From Desulfobacterales bacterium (GTDB taxonomy: Bacteria; Desulfobacterota; Desulfobacteria; Desulfobacterales; UBA5852): a stretch of 64,000 nt of DNA. Of this stretch, positions 8,609 to 19,730 are shown piece by piece. Made by a program: the position numbers and the translations under genes. The notes below the pieces were generated by a model. The model had not been told where the DNA came from. It saw nothing but the letters and a program-made list of their open reading frames with translations, and made no database searches. Numbering within the stretch: the first letter of the stretch is position 1; every line of letters begins with the position of its first letter. The stretch lies in assembly GCA_963674755.2 (NCBI GenBank), contig CAXXVS010000003.1, positions 2,176,001 through 2,240,000 of the forward strand. The letters run 5' to 3'.

Positions 8609-10723
8609 ATGGAGGACACCATGGACCATAAACCGCGACCCGAATGTCGGGGGAATCTGCTCCAGAGGGGGGCCGTTGGTTCATCGGCCGGAAACGGTAG
8701 GCTTGTTCGGGTTGCCATCGTTTTGCTGGTGGCATCCGCGGTCATTTTGACCGGGGCATCCCCCTTCCCGACACCCACGAAAACCATCGATGCCAAGCCG
8801 GCCATCCCCGGGAAGGCCGCCGCGCCCGCTTCCGGGAAAAAGGCGCTGCCTGCGCCGGTCCCGCCGTCGCAGCCCTACCTTGCCATCGATAAGGCCTACC
8901 TCAAAGACGGTCGCCTTCACATCGTGATCCGCAATACGACCGGGACGGCATTGACCCCCGCCCTGGTCCGGGAGGGCAACGTACAGATTCGGCAGGGGGG
9001 TAAATCGGTGATCGTCCCGCTGGCCAAGATGCAGCCGCAGAAAGGTGCTCACAACACCTGGCGTTTGGACACCGGCCTGGCCTTGCCGGCCGGCCAGCCG
9101 GTGATCGTATCCCTTCAGAACGTGCCGGGTGACACGCGCAAACAGCTCCGGCCATCGGCCACAACGGTCGGCGCTTCCATGCAGCGGCCCATGCCGCATG
9201 CGCCGCCCAAACCCGTTCCCAGGCGCCTGGACAGGGACCGGACGGCAATGGTCGGCGTACGCCCGGTGGAGTCGCTTACGGCGCAGAGGGTGCTATCCTT
9301 TGCGGTGGCGTCGCCGTCGACCGGCAGCGTCTGGCCGCGCTGCAGCATCCAGACGATCAGATGGAAACAGCCGGAGGCGATGGGGGACCACCCGACCATC
9401 AAACTGGTCCAGGGAAGCTATGAATACCCCGTCGGCTATCACGGCGCCGCGTTCGATGCATCCACGGAAATGTTTTCGGTGCGTCTGCATGTCCCCGGCG
9501 ATATCCCCGTCGGGGAAGGAGCCCGGATTTCGGTTACGGGTTTTTCCGACGGCCCGGCATCGACCGCCTGGAGCGCGCCCTTCACCATCGAAGCCAACCG
9601 GCTGGATGCCATTCGGTTGGATAGCCCCAACGGGGGCGAGGCGTGGCCCCTGGAAACCGCCCACCGCATTGCGTGGACGGTTGAAGGCCCCATTGACAGC
9701 CGCACCCTCTGGGAACTGGATCTCATAAAGGATGGCCGGGTTCTCGTGACCTACCCCAATCGTTCCATGCCCGGCCTGATGGTGCACCCGGAAAGCGGCA
9801 TCTGCTCTTTCAACTGGTATGTCAATTCGGCCTTCGAGCCGGGATCGGACTACACGTTGCGCATCCGGCCGGTGGGCACCTCCCTTTCGGATGCCTCCGA
9901 CAGGCCCTTCAGCATCGTCGGCCGCCGGGCCGGTGTCGATCTCCGGATCACCACCAGCCCCAAAAACTACGACGAATACGCGGTCACCCCCGGCTGGCGC
10001 TTCAACGTACCGTACACGGTCTACAATGCCGGGGCCGATCCCACACCCCCTTTCGAGGTGGCCGTCTACCTGTCCGAGGACACCGGCCTGGGATCGGATG
10101 ACATGCGCCTGACCACGGCCCGGCATACCCACAACCCCGACAGTCCTGACAGACCGTATATCGGCAGCACTTTCGTGACCCTGCCGGAGACCATCGCCAC
10201 CGGGCGGCGGTATTACCTGATCTGTGCCGTGGACTGGAACGACCAGGTTACGGAATGGGACGAACGCAACAACGACAGCTCCCATTACGGCACCGGTTTT
10301 TCACCGCCGCCTTCCATCTTCGTGCATCCCCGCAGCACGGCCAGCAGGGACCTGGCCGCGCGGCAGATCCAGGTGGTTCCCTCCGGCGACAATCGGTACC
10401 GGCTGATCTGGAATTATGATAGAATCGATTTCGTTTTTCCCTGCGACAGCTACACCTACGAGGTGCGGTTGGAGGTGACGGAGCCTACCGGGGCCGGCAG
10501 GGTCCTGCATGCCGAGACCGTTACCGCCCCCGGCCGCAGCGGCGGGGTCAACCGGTTGGGGGGAAGCGGCCACTTTGTGTATGATTGTCCCACGGCCGAA
10601 GACGGAACGCCGCTGCCGGGCCGGTATACCTTCCGGCTTACCTTAGACAGTGGCGGCCGTGTGGATGAGCTGGTGGAAACCAACAATACCCTGGACTATG
10701 TGTACGAGGTGCCGGCGGAGTAA
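8609..10723 (+). CDS. Secreted multidomain beta-sandwich protein (Kre9/Ser-Thr-rich-like repeats plus two CARDB-like domains)
   Basis: Hydrophobic signal-like segment, Pro/Ala/Lys linker, SPNGGEAW...IAW...DASDRPFSI repeat signature, CARDB-type ends VDWNDQVTEWDERNN and LDSGGRVDELVETNN. Confidence 0.7.
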   Translation: MEDTMDHKPRPECRGNLLQRGAVGSSAGNGRLVRVAIVLLVASAVILTGASPFPTPTKTIDAKPAIPGKAAAPASGKKALPAPVPPSQPYLAIDKAYLKDGRLHIVIRNTTGTALTPALVREGNVQIRQGGKSVIVPLAKMQPQKGAHNTWRLDTGLALPAGQPVIVSLQNVPGDTRKQLRPSATTVGASMQRPMPHAPPKPVPRRLDRDRTAMVGVRPVESLTAQRVLSFAVASPSTGSVWPRCSIQTIRWKQPEAMGDHPTIKLVQGSYEYPVGYHGAAFDASTEMFSVRLHVPGDIPVGEGARISVTGFSDGPASTAWSAPFTIEANRLDAIRLDSPNGGEAWPLETAHRIAWTVEGPIDSRTLWELDLIKDGRVLVTYPNRSMPGLMVHPESGICSFNWYVNSAFEPGSDYTLRIRPVGTSLSDASDRPFSIVGRRAGVDLRITTSPKNYDEYAVTPGWRFNVPYTVYNAGADPTPPFEVAVYLSEDTGLGSDDMRLTTARHTHNPDSPDRPYIGSTFVTLPETIATGRRYYLICAVDWNDQVTEWDERNNDSSHYGTGFSPPPSIFVHPRSTASRDLAARQIQVVPSGDNRYRLIWNYDRIDFVFPCDSYTYEVRLEVTEPTGAGRVLHAETVTAPGRSGGVNRLGGSGHFVYDCPTAEDGTPLPGRYTFRLTLDSGGRVDELVETNNTLDYVYEVPAE

Positions 10724-11065
10724 TTCACCGCTCAGGGCCCGGTGAGGAGCCCTATCCTCATAAGCTGCCGCTGTTCGCTATGGCGTTTGCCTATCGGATC
10801 ATTCCCTGCCATCAGCCGATGATTTGGGCGATGCTTTTTGGGGACGGCGCCTGTGGTTCGCAGCGCTTTGACAGGAAGGTCCACGGATACGGTGGGATCG
10901 CCTTTTTCTATTCTTGCCCAGGGGAATTTGAAATTTGGGAAACGATTCGATAAAGCCATCTATCCATACGAAAAAATGATACGGGCCTTTTTCCCGCCGC
11001 CATTGAAACCCCATCGCGTCCGGCGGGATTAATGCCATTGCTGTCTGTACAGGGGGACCACGCCC

Positions 11066-11908
11066 ATGACCCGAAAACTCGCCCCATTCGCTATCGCCTA
11101 TGATTTTGACGGCACCCTGGCCCCCGGCAATATGCAGGAATACGATTTCGTCCCGGCCATCGGCATGACCAGCAAGGCATTCTGGAAAGAAGTCGACGAG
11201 CTGACCAAAAAGCATGATGCCGACCAGATCCTGCTCTACATGATGCACATGCTCGACAAGGCCCGGGCGGCCGAGGTGCCGGTACGCAAGGAAAACTTTG
11301 TGGCCTTCGGCCGCTCGGTGATCCTTTTCGAAGGGGTGGCGGACTGGTTCGACCGCATCGATGCCCATGGAAAGCAACGCGGGTTCAAGGTGGAGCATTA
11401 TATCATCTCCTCGGGCATCCGGGAGATGATCGAGGGCACCCCCATCGCCCAAAAGTTCGCCGCGATATACGCCTCGGCCTTTGTCTACGATCACAACGGC
11501 GTGGCCCACTGGCCCGCCCTGGCCGTGAACTACACCACCAAGACCCAGTTCCTGTTCCGCATCAACAAAGGGGTGCTAAACGTTTACGACAATTCCAGGA
11601 TCAACCAATTCATCCCCGAGGAGGACCGGCCGGTGCCCTTCGAGCACATGGTGTTTATCGGCGACGGCGAGACCGACATCCCCTGTTTCCGGCTGGTCAA
11701 GGAACAGCGCGGGCACGCCATTGCCGTATACAAACCAGCCACGAAAGGCGCTCGGGGAAAGGCGGAAAAACTGATTGAGGCGGGCCGGGTAAATTTCATC
11801 GCCCCGGCCAACTATACGGAAAACAGCGACATGGACCGGTTCGTCAAGGGCATTATCGACAAGGCCGCCGCCGACGGCGCCCTCAAACAACTGGGCAAAC
11901 GGGATTGA
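11066..11908 (+). CDS. HAD-superfamily hydrolase
   Basis: YDFDGTL (motif I), IISSG (motif II), FIGDGETD (motif IV). Confidence 0.9.
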   Translation: MTRKLAPFAIAYDFDGTLAPGNMQEYDFVPAIGMTSKAFWKEVDELTKKHDADQILLYMMHMLDKARAAEVPVRKENFVAFGRSVILFEGVADWFDRIDAHGKQRGFKVEHYIISSGIREMIEGTPIAQKFAAIYASAFVYDHNGVAHWPALAVNYTTKTQFLFRINKGVLNVYDNSRINQFIPEEDRPVPFEHMVFIGDGETDIPCFRLVKEQRGHAIAVYKPATKGARGKAEKLIEAGRVNFIAPANYTENSDMDRFVKGIIDKAAADGALKQLGKRD

Positions 11909-11914
11909 TGGCGG

Positions 11915-11938
11915 AGGCGCGGCATGCCGTGCCCCTAC
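11915..11938 (-). repeat. Single GTAG-type REP-like palindrome
   Basis: Minus strand GTAG-GGGCACGGCATGCCGCGCC: GTAG tetranucleotide followed by an imperfect hairpin. Confidence 0.55.
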
Positions 11939-12053
11939 GATGGAACAATTCGGACGCCCGGTTGCCGGGTCGCTACCGACGATCGCCAGGTCATTCAAAA
12001 ACGATCCGGTCCACAGGGAACCGAATCGTTAATTTCCAATCTAAATCCGAGAA

Positions 12054-14609
12054 ATGCAACCGATGGATAATTCCGCAAAGCTGAAAACATTCGAGCAGGC
12101 GGTCAAGAACAAGTTTGATGTCTACAACAGCTTGTTTTTGAATCTTCCTTTCCGGGGGATTGGCAATATTGGCATGCTGATTCCCTTGCTGCAGCATGTG
12201 TGCAAGCAGGGCCTCGATGCGGGCAGGGATCCGCTCGGGATCCTGGATGCCTTTTTCGACATTCACACCGGTATCAAGACGGAGCAAGAGAAGATCGATT
12301 TCATGTTTCATGTCATCCGGTATGTCGAACGGCAGATCGTGCTCTACGACAGTGCCGAAGATGCCGCCTTCGAACAGCTGGTGCAGCTCGAGGATCACCT
12401 GTCGCTCAAGGACTGCCTCACCCTGCTGTCCGCCGATGAGAAGAGCTGCAGCCTGTCCGACGACCTGTCCTGTTTCAGCGCCCGCCTGGTATTTACGGCC
12501 CATCCCACCCAGTTCTACTCGCCTTCGGTTTTGAATATCATCGGCCAACTGCGATCCATGATCGCCCGCAACGATATCGATCAGATCGATCTGAAACTCC
12601 AGCAACTGGGATTGACCTCCCTGATCAATGCCCGCAAACCGACCCCCTTTGACGAAGCCCAAAACATCATCTACCTGCTGCGCCATGTGTATTACGAGGC
12701 CGTGGGGGAGCTTTATACGACGGTTAAAAAGACGGTCCGCAACAGCTGTTTCGATTGCCCGGCCATCATCCAGCTGGGCTTCTGGCCGGGGGGCGACCGG
12801 GACGGCAATCCCTTCGTGACCGCGGAAACCACCGCGGCGGTGGCTGACGAACTGCGCATGACCCTGATGAAGTGCTATTACGGCGATGTGGCGCGACTGG
12901 CCCGGAAACTGACCTTCAGAAAGGTGGAGGATGTCCTCGAGAATCTGAGGGAGAGGCTTTACGTGACCATGTTCGACCCGGAGCAAACGATTCGCTATGA
13001 GGAGATTATCGATCCCCTGGCCGATATCAAGGCCTCCCTTATCGAGAACTACAACAGTCTCTATATCGATGAACTGGAAACCCTGATGGACAAGGTCACC
13101 ATCTTCAAGACGCATTTTGCCGCCGTCGATATCCGGCAAAACCACGACGTCCACCGGGACGCCGTGGAAGCCATCCTGAAAAAAGAGAACCTGATCGACC
13201 ACAGTATAGGCGAGTTGGGAGACGCCGAGCTGATCGCCCTGCTGCTGCGCGACGACATCGTGGTGGCGCCCGAGCAGTTCGAAGATCCGCTGATCAAGGA
13301 CACGATCCGGACGACTATGGAGATGAAGCACATCCAGCACAAAAACGGGAGCGAGGGCTGCAACCGGTATATCATCAGCCATGCCGAGGATATCTTCGCG
13401 GTCCTCTTTGTGCTCAGTCTTTTGCGCTGGTGCGGGTGGAGAAAAGGCGGCGTGCCGGTGGACATCATCCCGCTCTTCGAGTCGATGGAGGGTATGCAGA
13501 ACGCCGGCGCCATCATGCAGGCCCTTTTTGACATCCCGTCATACCGGGCGCATATCGCTCAGCGCCGCAACCGGCAGACCATCATGCTGGGATTTTCCGA
13601 CGGTACCAAAGACGGCGGGTATCTGCAGGCTAACTGGTCGATCTATACCACCAAGGAGACCCTGTCGTCGGTTTGCAGTAACTACGGTATCCAGGCCATC
13701 TTCTTTGACGGCCGGGGCGGGCCGCCCGCGCGGGGGGGCGGCAAAACCCATCGCTTTTATGCGTCGCATGGGAAGAATATTGCCAATCATGCCATCCAGC
13801 TCACCATTCAAGGCCAGACCATTACCAGCGTGTACGGCTCCAAAGCCCATTTCAAGCATAACTGCGAACAATTGCTGACCGCCGGGTTGTCGACGCGCTT
13901 ATTTGAAAAAGAAAATACGATTTCCCGGGAAGACCGCCAGATGATCGCGAAGCTGGCCCAGTTGAGCTTCGAGAAGTACGCGGCCCTCAAAAACCACCCC
14001 ATGTTCATTCCCTACCTGGAAAACAAAAGCACGCTGAAATTTTACGGCAAAACCAATATCGGCAGCCGACCGTCCAAAAGGGGCGACAAGGAAGCCCTGG
14101 ACTTCGATGATTTGAGGGCCATTCCGTTTGTGGGGGCTTGGAGTCAGTTGAAGCAGAATGTTCCAGGATACTACGGGATCGGAACGGCACTCCAGACCCT
14201 GGTGGCCGAAGGCAAGACGGATCGATTGCAGCACCTGTTTGATGATGTGCCGTTTTTCAGGGCCTTGATCCTCAACAGCATGATGGCGTTATCCAAATGT
14301 AATTTTGAATTGACAGCTTATATTGCCGAGGATGACGCTTACAAGGAATTCTGGCGCATGCTGTTCGACGAATACCGGCTTTCCAAGAAAATGACCCTGC
14401 TGATTTCCGGATACCGGACCTTGATGGAGGAGGAACCGCTATCGCAAAAATCCATCGCGATCCGGGAACGCATCGTTTTGCCCTTGTTGGTCATCCAGCA
14501 ATATGCGCTGCAAAAAATCGAGATGAATGCCGGGCATCAACCGACCTATGCGAAGATGGTCGAGCGGTCGCTGTACGGCAATATCAATGCCAGTCGGAAT
14601 TCGGCCTAA
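12054..14609 (+). CDS. ppc: Phosphoenolpyruvate carboxylase
   Basis: VFTAHPTQ, GGDRDGNP, MLGFSDGTKDGG, GRGGPPARGG, LRAIPF, C-terminal RNSA. Confidence 0.95.
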   Translation: MQPMDNSAKLKTFEQAVKNKFDVYNSLFLNLPFRGIGNIGMLIPLLQHVCKQGLDAGRDPLGILDAFFDIHTGIKTEQEKIDFMFHVIRYVERQIVLYDSAEDAAFEQLVQLEDHLSLKDCLTLLSADEKSCSLSDDLSCFSARLVFTAHPTQFYSPSVLNIIGQLRSMIARNDIDQIDLKLQQLGLTSLINARKPTPFDEAQNIIYLLRHVYYEAVGELYTTVKKTVRNSCFDCPAIIQLGFWPGGDRDGNPFVTAETTAAVADELRMTLMKCYYGDVARLARKLTFRKVEDVLENLRERLYVTMFDPEQTIRYEEIIDPLADIKASLIENYNSLYIDELETLMDKVTIFKTHFAAVDIRQNHDVHRDAVEAILKKENLIDHSIGELGDAELIALLLRDDIVVAPEQFEDPLIKDTIRTTMEMKHIQHKNGSEGCNRYIISHAEDIFAVLFVLSLLRWCGWRKGGVPVDIIPLFESMEGMQNAGAIMQALFDIPSYRAHIAQRRNRQTIMLGFSDGTKDGGYLQANWSIYTTKETLSSVCSNYGIQAIFFDGRGGPPARGGGKTHRFYASHGKNIANHAIQLTIQGQTITSVYGSKAHFKHNCEQLLTAGLSTRLFEKENTISREDRQMIAKLAQLSFEKYAALKNHPMFIPYLENKSTLKFYGKTNIGSRPSKRGDKEALDFDDLRAIPFVGAWSQLKQNVPGYYGIGTALQTLVAEGKTDRLQHLFDDVPFFRALILNSMMALSKCNFELTAYIAEDDAYKEFWRMLFDEYRLSKKMTLLISGYRTLMEEEPLSQKSIAIRERIVLPLLVIQQYALQKIEMNAGHQPTYAKMVERSLYGNINASRNSA

Positions 14610-14940
14610 GCCGATTTTGCGCAACAGATTCTTACCGTCCATTTGGGATTGGCTTCACCCAGCATCGCGACAGCAGGAGCAATTCCAGGCTCACGTAAAA
14701 CCGCCAAGCCCGCCAAAAAAGCCGTGGAACGGTATGCCCCCATCTCTGATTTATTCCAATCCGGAAATCGGAACGATTCGTGTTGGCCACCGACCACCTA
14801 AACCCCTTGCTTTGCCTTCCGGCTTTTAATGGCTAAATCGTTTGCATCCCGCCGCGCACGATAAGATTTTTGACTTATCATTTCATACGGCGCTGAGACT
14901 GGTCTCAGGCTTTCCTTCGTGCAAACGTGGCAAACCAAAA

Positions 14941-14976
14941 AGCCGGAAAGGGTGTGGTCAGGCACCCCTTCCGGCT
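14941..14976. terminator. GC-rich hairpin, probable bidirectional terminator
   Basis: AGCCGGAAAGGGTG / CACCCCTTCCGGCT stem with an A run on the left and TCTTT on the right. Confidence 0.55.
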
Positions 14977-15007
14977 CTTTAGCTTCTGCAAACAAAAGGG
15001 GCTATCG

Positions 15008-16321
<1,314 letters not shown>

Positions 16322-16649
16322 AACGGTCCTACGGGAAGCCGATTTCCGGCAGGTTACGGGGGAATTTTGAAACTCGGGAGGCCCGCCTGCGCAGGTCTGA
16401 TTTCGGAATGACAGGCCATACATCATGGAGGGGGCAGGGACGTGACCGGGATCAGGTGAAAAGCAATCGTGGACAGGAAAGCCCAACATGTGTCAGATTG
16501 CAGGGCCGGTGCAAGACAAGGGCGACACGCGGTAAGTTGAATGGCCGCGCAAGTTATCCGAAAAGCCGCGCTTTGCGCTCTGATCCGCCAGCGGGTCTGC
16601 GCCCCGACGATGCGATCCCGCCCGGCGTATACTACAGAGGAAAGCGAGA

Positions 16650-16976
16650 ATGAACCCCGAAATTCTTCATGACGCAGCGCAGCGGCGCTTTTACTGCGCA
16701 ATCGACGGCCGGGAATGCGCGCTATGTTATGACATCAAGGAAGCGGCCCCCGGCATCATGGATATCTTCCGCACCTTCGTTCATCCCGACCTGCGGGGCC
16801 AAAAGTTCGCCGAAGCCCTGCTTCAGAGGGCGATCGCCTTCGCGCGCCAAAGCGGCTTGTCGATACGGCCGAGCTGCTCCTATGTCGCGGTCTATTTTCG
16901 ACGGCACCGCGAACACCAGACCCTGCTGGCAAGCGATGTGGATCTTAAAAGCGGCGGAAGCTGCCGGCTGGCGTGA
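16650..16976 (+). CDS. Small GNAT acetyltransferase (YjdJ/Acetyltransf_CG-like)
   Basis: RTFVHPDLRGQKFAEALL...IRPSCSYV; RBS GAGGAAAG. Confidence 0.85.
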   Translation: MNPEILHDAAQRRFYCAIDGRECALCYDIKEAAPGIMDIFRTFVHPDLRGQKFAEALLQRAIAFARQSGLSIRPSCSYVAVYFRRHREHQTLLASDVDLKSGGSCRLA

Positions 16977-17001
16977 GAACGCCGTCTGAAGGGAGTTCGA
17001 T

Positions 17002-17826
17002 ATGGCCCTCTCGGTTGTGGACCTGTATCGCCACGTGCTGCCGCGCACCAATTGCGGCGATTGCGGCTATCCCACCTGCATGGCCTTTGCCAGCATGGTG
17101 GTCTCCAAAAAACTGGCCCTCAAGCTATGCCCCCACCTCTCCGCCGACATTGTGGCGCGTTTCCAGCCGGAGCTGGATGCCCAGCATGCCGCCGGCAAGT
17201 GGACCGAGCGCGACCTGGCCGCCGATGCCCTGAATTGGGCCCGCCAACGGGCCGCTTCCATGGATCCGGCCGACCTGCCGGCGCGCATCGGCGGCGAACT
17301 GATCCAGATCGACGGCGCACCGGTGCTGGCGCTGCCGTACTTCAACACCATCATCCATATCCGCCGCGGCGACATCCGGCGGCCGGACGGGAATAAGCTC
17401 GAGCGCTGGGAGCAGGTGTTCATCTTCAACCACCTGGCCCAGGGCGGGTCCCAACTTCCCACCGGGCGCTGGAAATCCCTGCAGGAGTTTCCCAATACCG
17501 TCTCCAAGATCAAATCCATGGGCAGCCATGTGGAAGCGCCCCTGCGGGAGCGGTTTGCCGGGCGCCGGGACGAGCTGGCGACCGCCGCGCGGCGCCTCGG
17601 CGGCCTGGACATCACGGCCGAATCCGAATCGGCGGATCTGGCGATCCGCTTTCAGCCGCTGCCGCGGGTGCCGGTGCTCTTATTGTTCTGGGATGGCGAT
17701 CCCGATAGCGGATTCACAGCCGAAGTCAAACTGGCCTTTGACGAAACGATCGTTCAGCACCTGGACATCGAATCAATCCTCTTTCTGAGCGAAACCATTG
17801 CCAAAGCGTTGATCGGCGAGCAATGA
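17002..17826 (+). CDS. Fe-S domain plus DUF3786 protein
   Basis: N-terminal LPRTNCGDCGYPTCMAFA...CP (AcsC-like 4Fe-4S motif); C-terminal PLPRVPVLLLFWDGD...FD...HLDIES. Confidence 0.8.
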   Translation: MALSVVDLYRHVLPRTNCGDCGYPTCMAFASMVVSKKLALKLCPHLSADIVARFQPELDAQHAAGKWTERDLAADALNWARQRAASMDPADLPARIGGELIQIDGAPVLALPYFNTIIHIRRGDIRRPDGNKLERWEQVFIFNHLAQGGSQLPTGRWKSLQEFPNTVSKIKSMGSHVEAPLRERFAGRRDELATAARRLGGLDITAESESADLAIRFQPLPRVPVLLLFWDGDPDSGFTAEVKLAFDETIVQHLDIESILFLSETIAKALIGEQ

Positions 17827-18059
17827 CGGCTCCCTAAAAAGTCGATAGGCGTCCCTCCTCTTCGTGGATGCAAAACCCCCCATCCCTCCCAACAATCTAT
17901 AGTCCTTAATGGCTTTTCGTATAAATATATTGTTATATAGGATAGTTAACTGTTTAATTTGTTTTTGGCTTTATTTATTAAAAAAATATTGACATAAAAT
18001 TTCAATAAACATAAATCAGAAAGGCAAAAAATTGCTTAAAACAAATCGGAGATGAATAG

Positions 18060-18539
18060 GTGAAAGAGGCGGACATCGATTCGATCGACAAGCAGTTGAT
18101 CAAACTCCTTTCCGAAGACGGCCGCATGCCGGCCAAAGAGCTGGCCCGGAAGCTGGAGGTCTCCGCCCCGACGGTCAACTCCCGGATGAAGGGGCTGATC
18201 CGGCGGGGTATTCTCAAGGTGGCGGGCCTGGTGGATACCTTCAAGGTCAAGGATGTGCTGGTCGCAATCATTGCCATCCGGGTCGACGATGTTTCCAAAA
18301 TGGCCAAAATCATCGATCAGCTGATGGAATTCAAGCAGGTCCACTGGGCGGTGGCGGTGACCGGCCGTTACGACATCTTCGCCGAGGTCATCGTCACCGA
18401 AGGCATCGAGTGGATGTTCAACTTTTACGCGGAAGAAATGAGCAAGCTGGACGGGGTCAGTCATTCCGAGTCGTTTATGGTCACCAACACCCGGCGCAAG
18501 TGGACCCTGCTTCCCCCTGACATCCAGAACTGGGTCTGA
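18060..18539 (+). CDS. Lrp/AsnC-family transcriptional regulator
   Basis: IDSIDKQLIKLLSEDGRMP HTH; VTGRYDI; AT-rich upstream region with TTGACA at 17989. Confidence 0.93.
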   Translation: MKEADIDSIDKQLIKLLSEDGRMPAKELARKLEVSAPTVNSRMKGLIRRGILKVAGLVDTFKVKDVLVAIIAIRVDDVSKMAKIIDQLMEFKQVHWAVAVTGRYDIFAEVIVTEGIEWMFNFYAEEMSKLDGVSHSESFMVTNTRRKWTLLPPDIQNWV

Positions 18540-18567
18540 CCCGTTGACGGAAACGGCGGCGACAACC

Positions 18568-19635
18568 ATGCGAATCGTAACTGTAGATACCTGGACCGAA
18601 GACCTCGATCTGACACGCCCCTATACCATCGCCTACGAGCGTATCGAGGCCGTGCAGAACCTGTTCGTACGCATCACCTGTGAAAACGGAATGGTCGGTC
18701 TTGGGGCCGGTTCCCCGGCGCCGGACGTGACCGGCGAAGGCCTCCCGGAGGCCGAGGCGGCCCTGGCCGCCCACCTCGAAGCGCTGCTGCTGGGGGCGGA
18801 TATCCGCTGCGGCCGCGCCCTGCTGGGGCGGATTGGCCATGCGCTGGCCGACACGCCGGCCGCCCGCGCCGCCGTGGATATCGCCCTGCACGACCTGATC
18901 GGCAATGTCCTTGGGTTGCCGCTGGTGGAGCTTTTCGGCCGGGTCCACGACACCCTGCCCACCTCGGTCACCATCGGCATCAAACCTTTGGACGAAACCC
19001 TCGATGAAGCCGCTGAGTATATCGGCCGGGGCTTCCGCGTCCTCAAAATCAAAACCGGCCTCGATGTGGCTGAGGATATCGAACGCCTGTGCAAACTGCG
19101 CGAATTTACCGGCCCCCGGGTGGCCATTCGCGTCGATGCCAACCAGGGGTATGACGCATCCGCTTACCGGCGGTTCCTGCGCGAAACCGAAGCGGTGGAC
19201 CTGGAGTTCGTCGAGCAGCCCCTGGAGCGCACGGACCTGGCCGGCATGCGCGCCCTGCCCCGGCCCCTGCGGCGGCAGTCGGCGGCGGACGAGTGCCTGC
19301 TCAGCCCCGAGGATGCCCTGGCCTGCCTCCAGCGCCCCCTGCCGTTCGGGATTTTCAATATCAAATTGATGAAATGCGGCGGCATCGCTCCGGGGCTGGA
19401 GATTGCGTCGATGGCCGACCATGCCGGGGTCGATCTGATGTGGGGCTGCATGGACGAGAGCATTGTCAGCATTGCCGCCGCCCTGCATGCCGCCCTGGCG
19501 GCACCGGCCACCAAATATCTGGATCTGGACGGAAGCCTCGACCTGGCCCGGGATATCGTCCAGGGCGGCTTCATTGTCGAAAACGGCTGCCTGCGCCCCA
19601 CCGACCGGCCCGGCCTGGGCGTTACACCGCTCTGA
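18568..19635 (+). CDS. Enolase-superfamily dipeptide epimerase / DgcA-like N-acyl-amino-acid racemase
   Basis: KIK, DANQG, EQP, ADE, NIKLMKCGG, GCMDES and DLDG motifs. Confidence 0.9.
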   Translation: MRIVTVDTWTEDLDLTRPYTIAYERIEAVQNLFVRITCENGMVGLGAGSPAPDVTGEGLPEAEAALAAHLEALLLGADIRCGRALLGRIGHALADTPAARAAVDIALHDLIGNVLGLPLVELFGRVHDTLPTSVTIGIKPLDETLDEAAEYIGRGFRVLKIKTGLDVAEDIERLCKLREFTGPRVAIRVDANQGYDASAYRRFLRETEAVDLEFVEQPLERTDLAGMRALPRPLRRQSAADECLLSPEDALACLQRPLPFGIFNIKLMKCGGIAPGLEIASMADHAGVDLMWGCMDESIVSIAAALHAALAAPATKYLDLDGSLDLARDIVQGGFIVENGCLRPTDRPGLGVTPL

Positions 19636-19730
19636 TGGACGGCCGGCATGGGAAAAAGACACGCGTCATCGGTCGTTGCGGAAATGAAACCCAACAACCA
19701 GACACTCATTCCCCCTGCGAGGGAGGCACT

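Noticed and set aside
14790..14960. c-di-GMP-I riboswitch suggested by GGCAAAC and GCAAAGC words
   Set aside because: The words are not in the right order or strand to form the two-stem motif with a GAAA loop.
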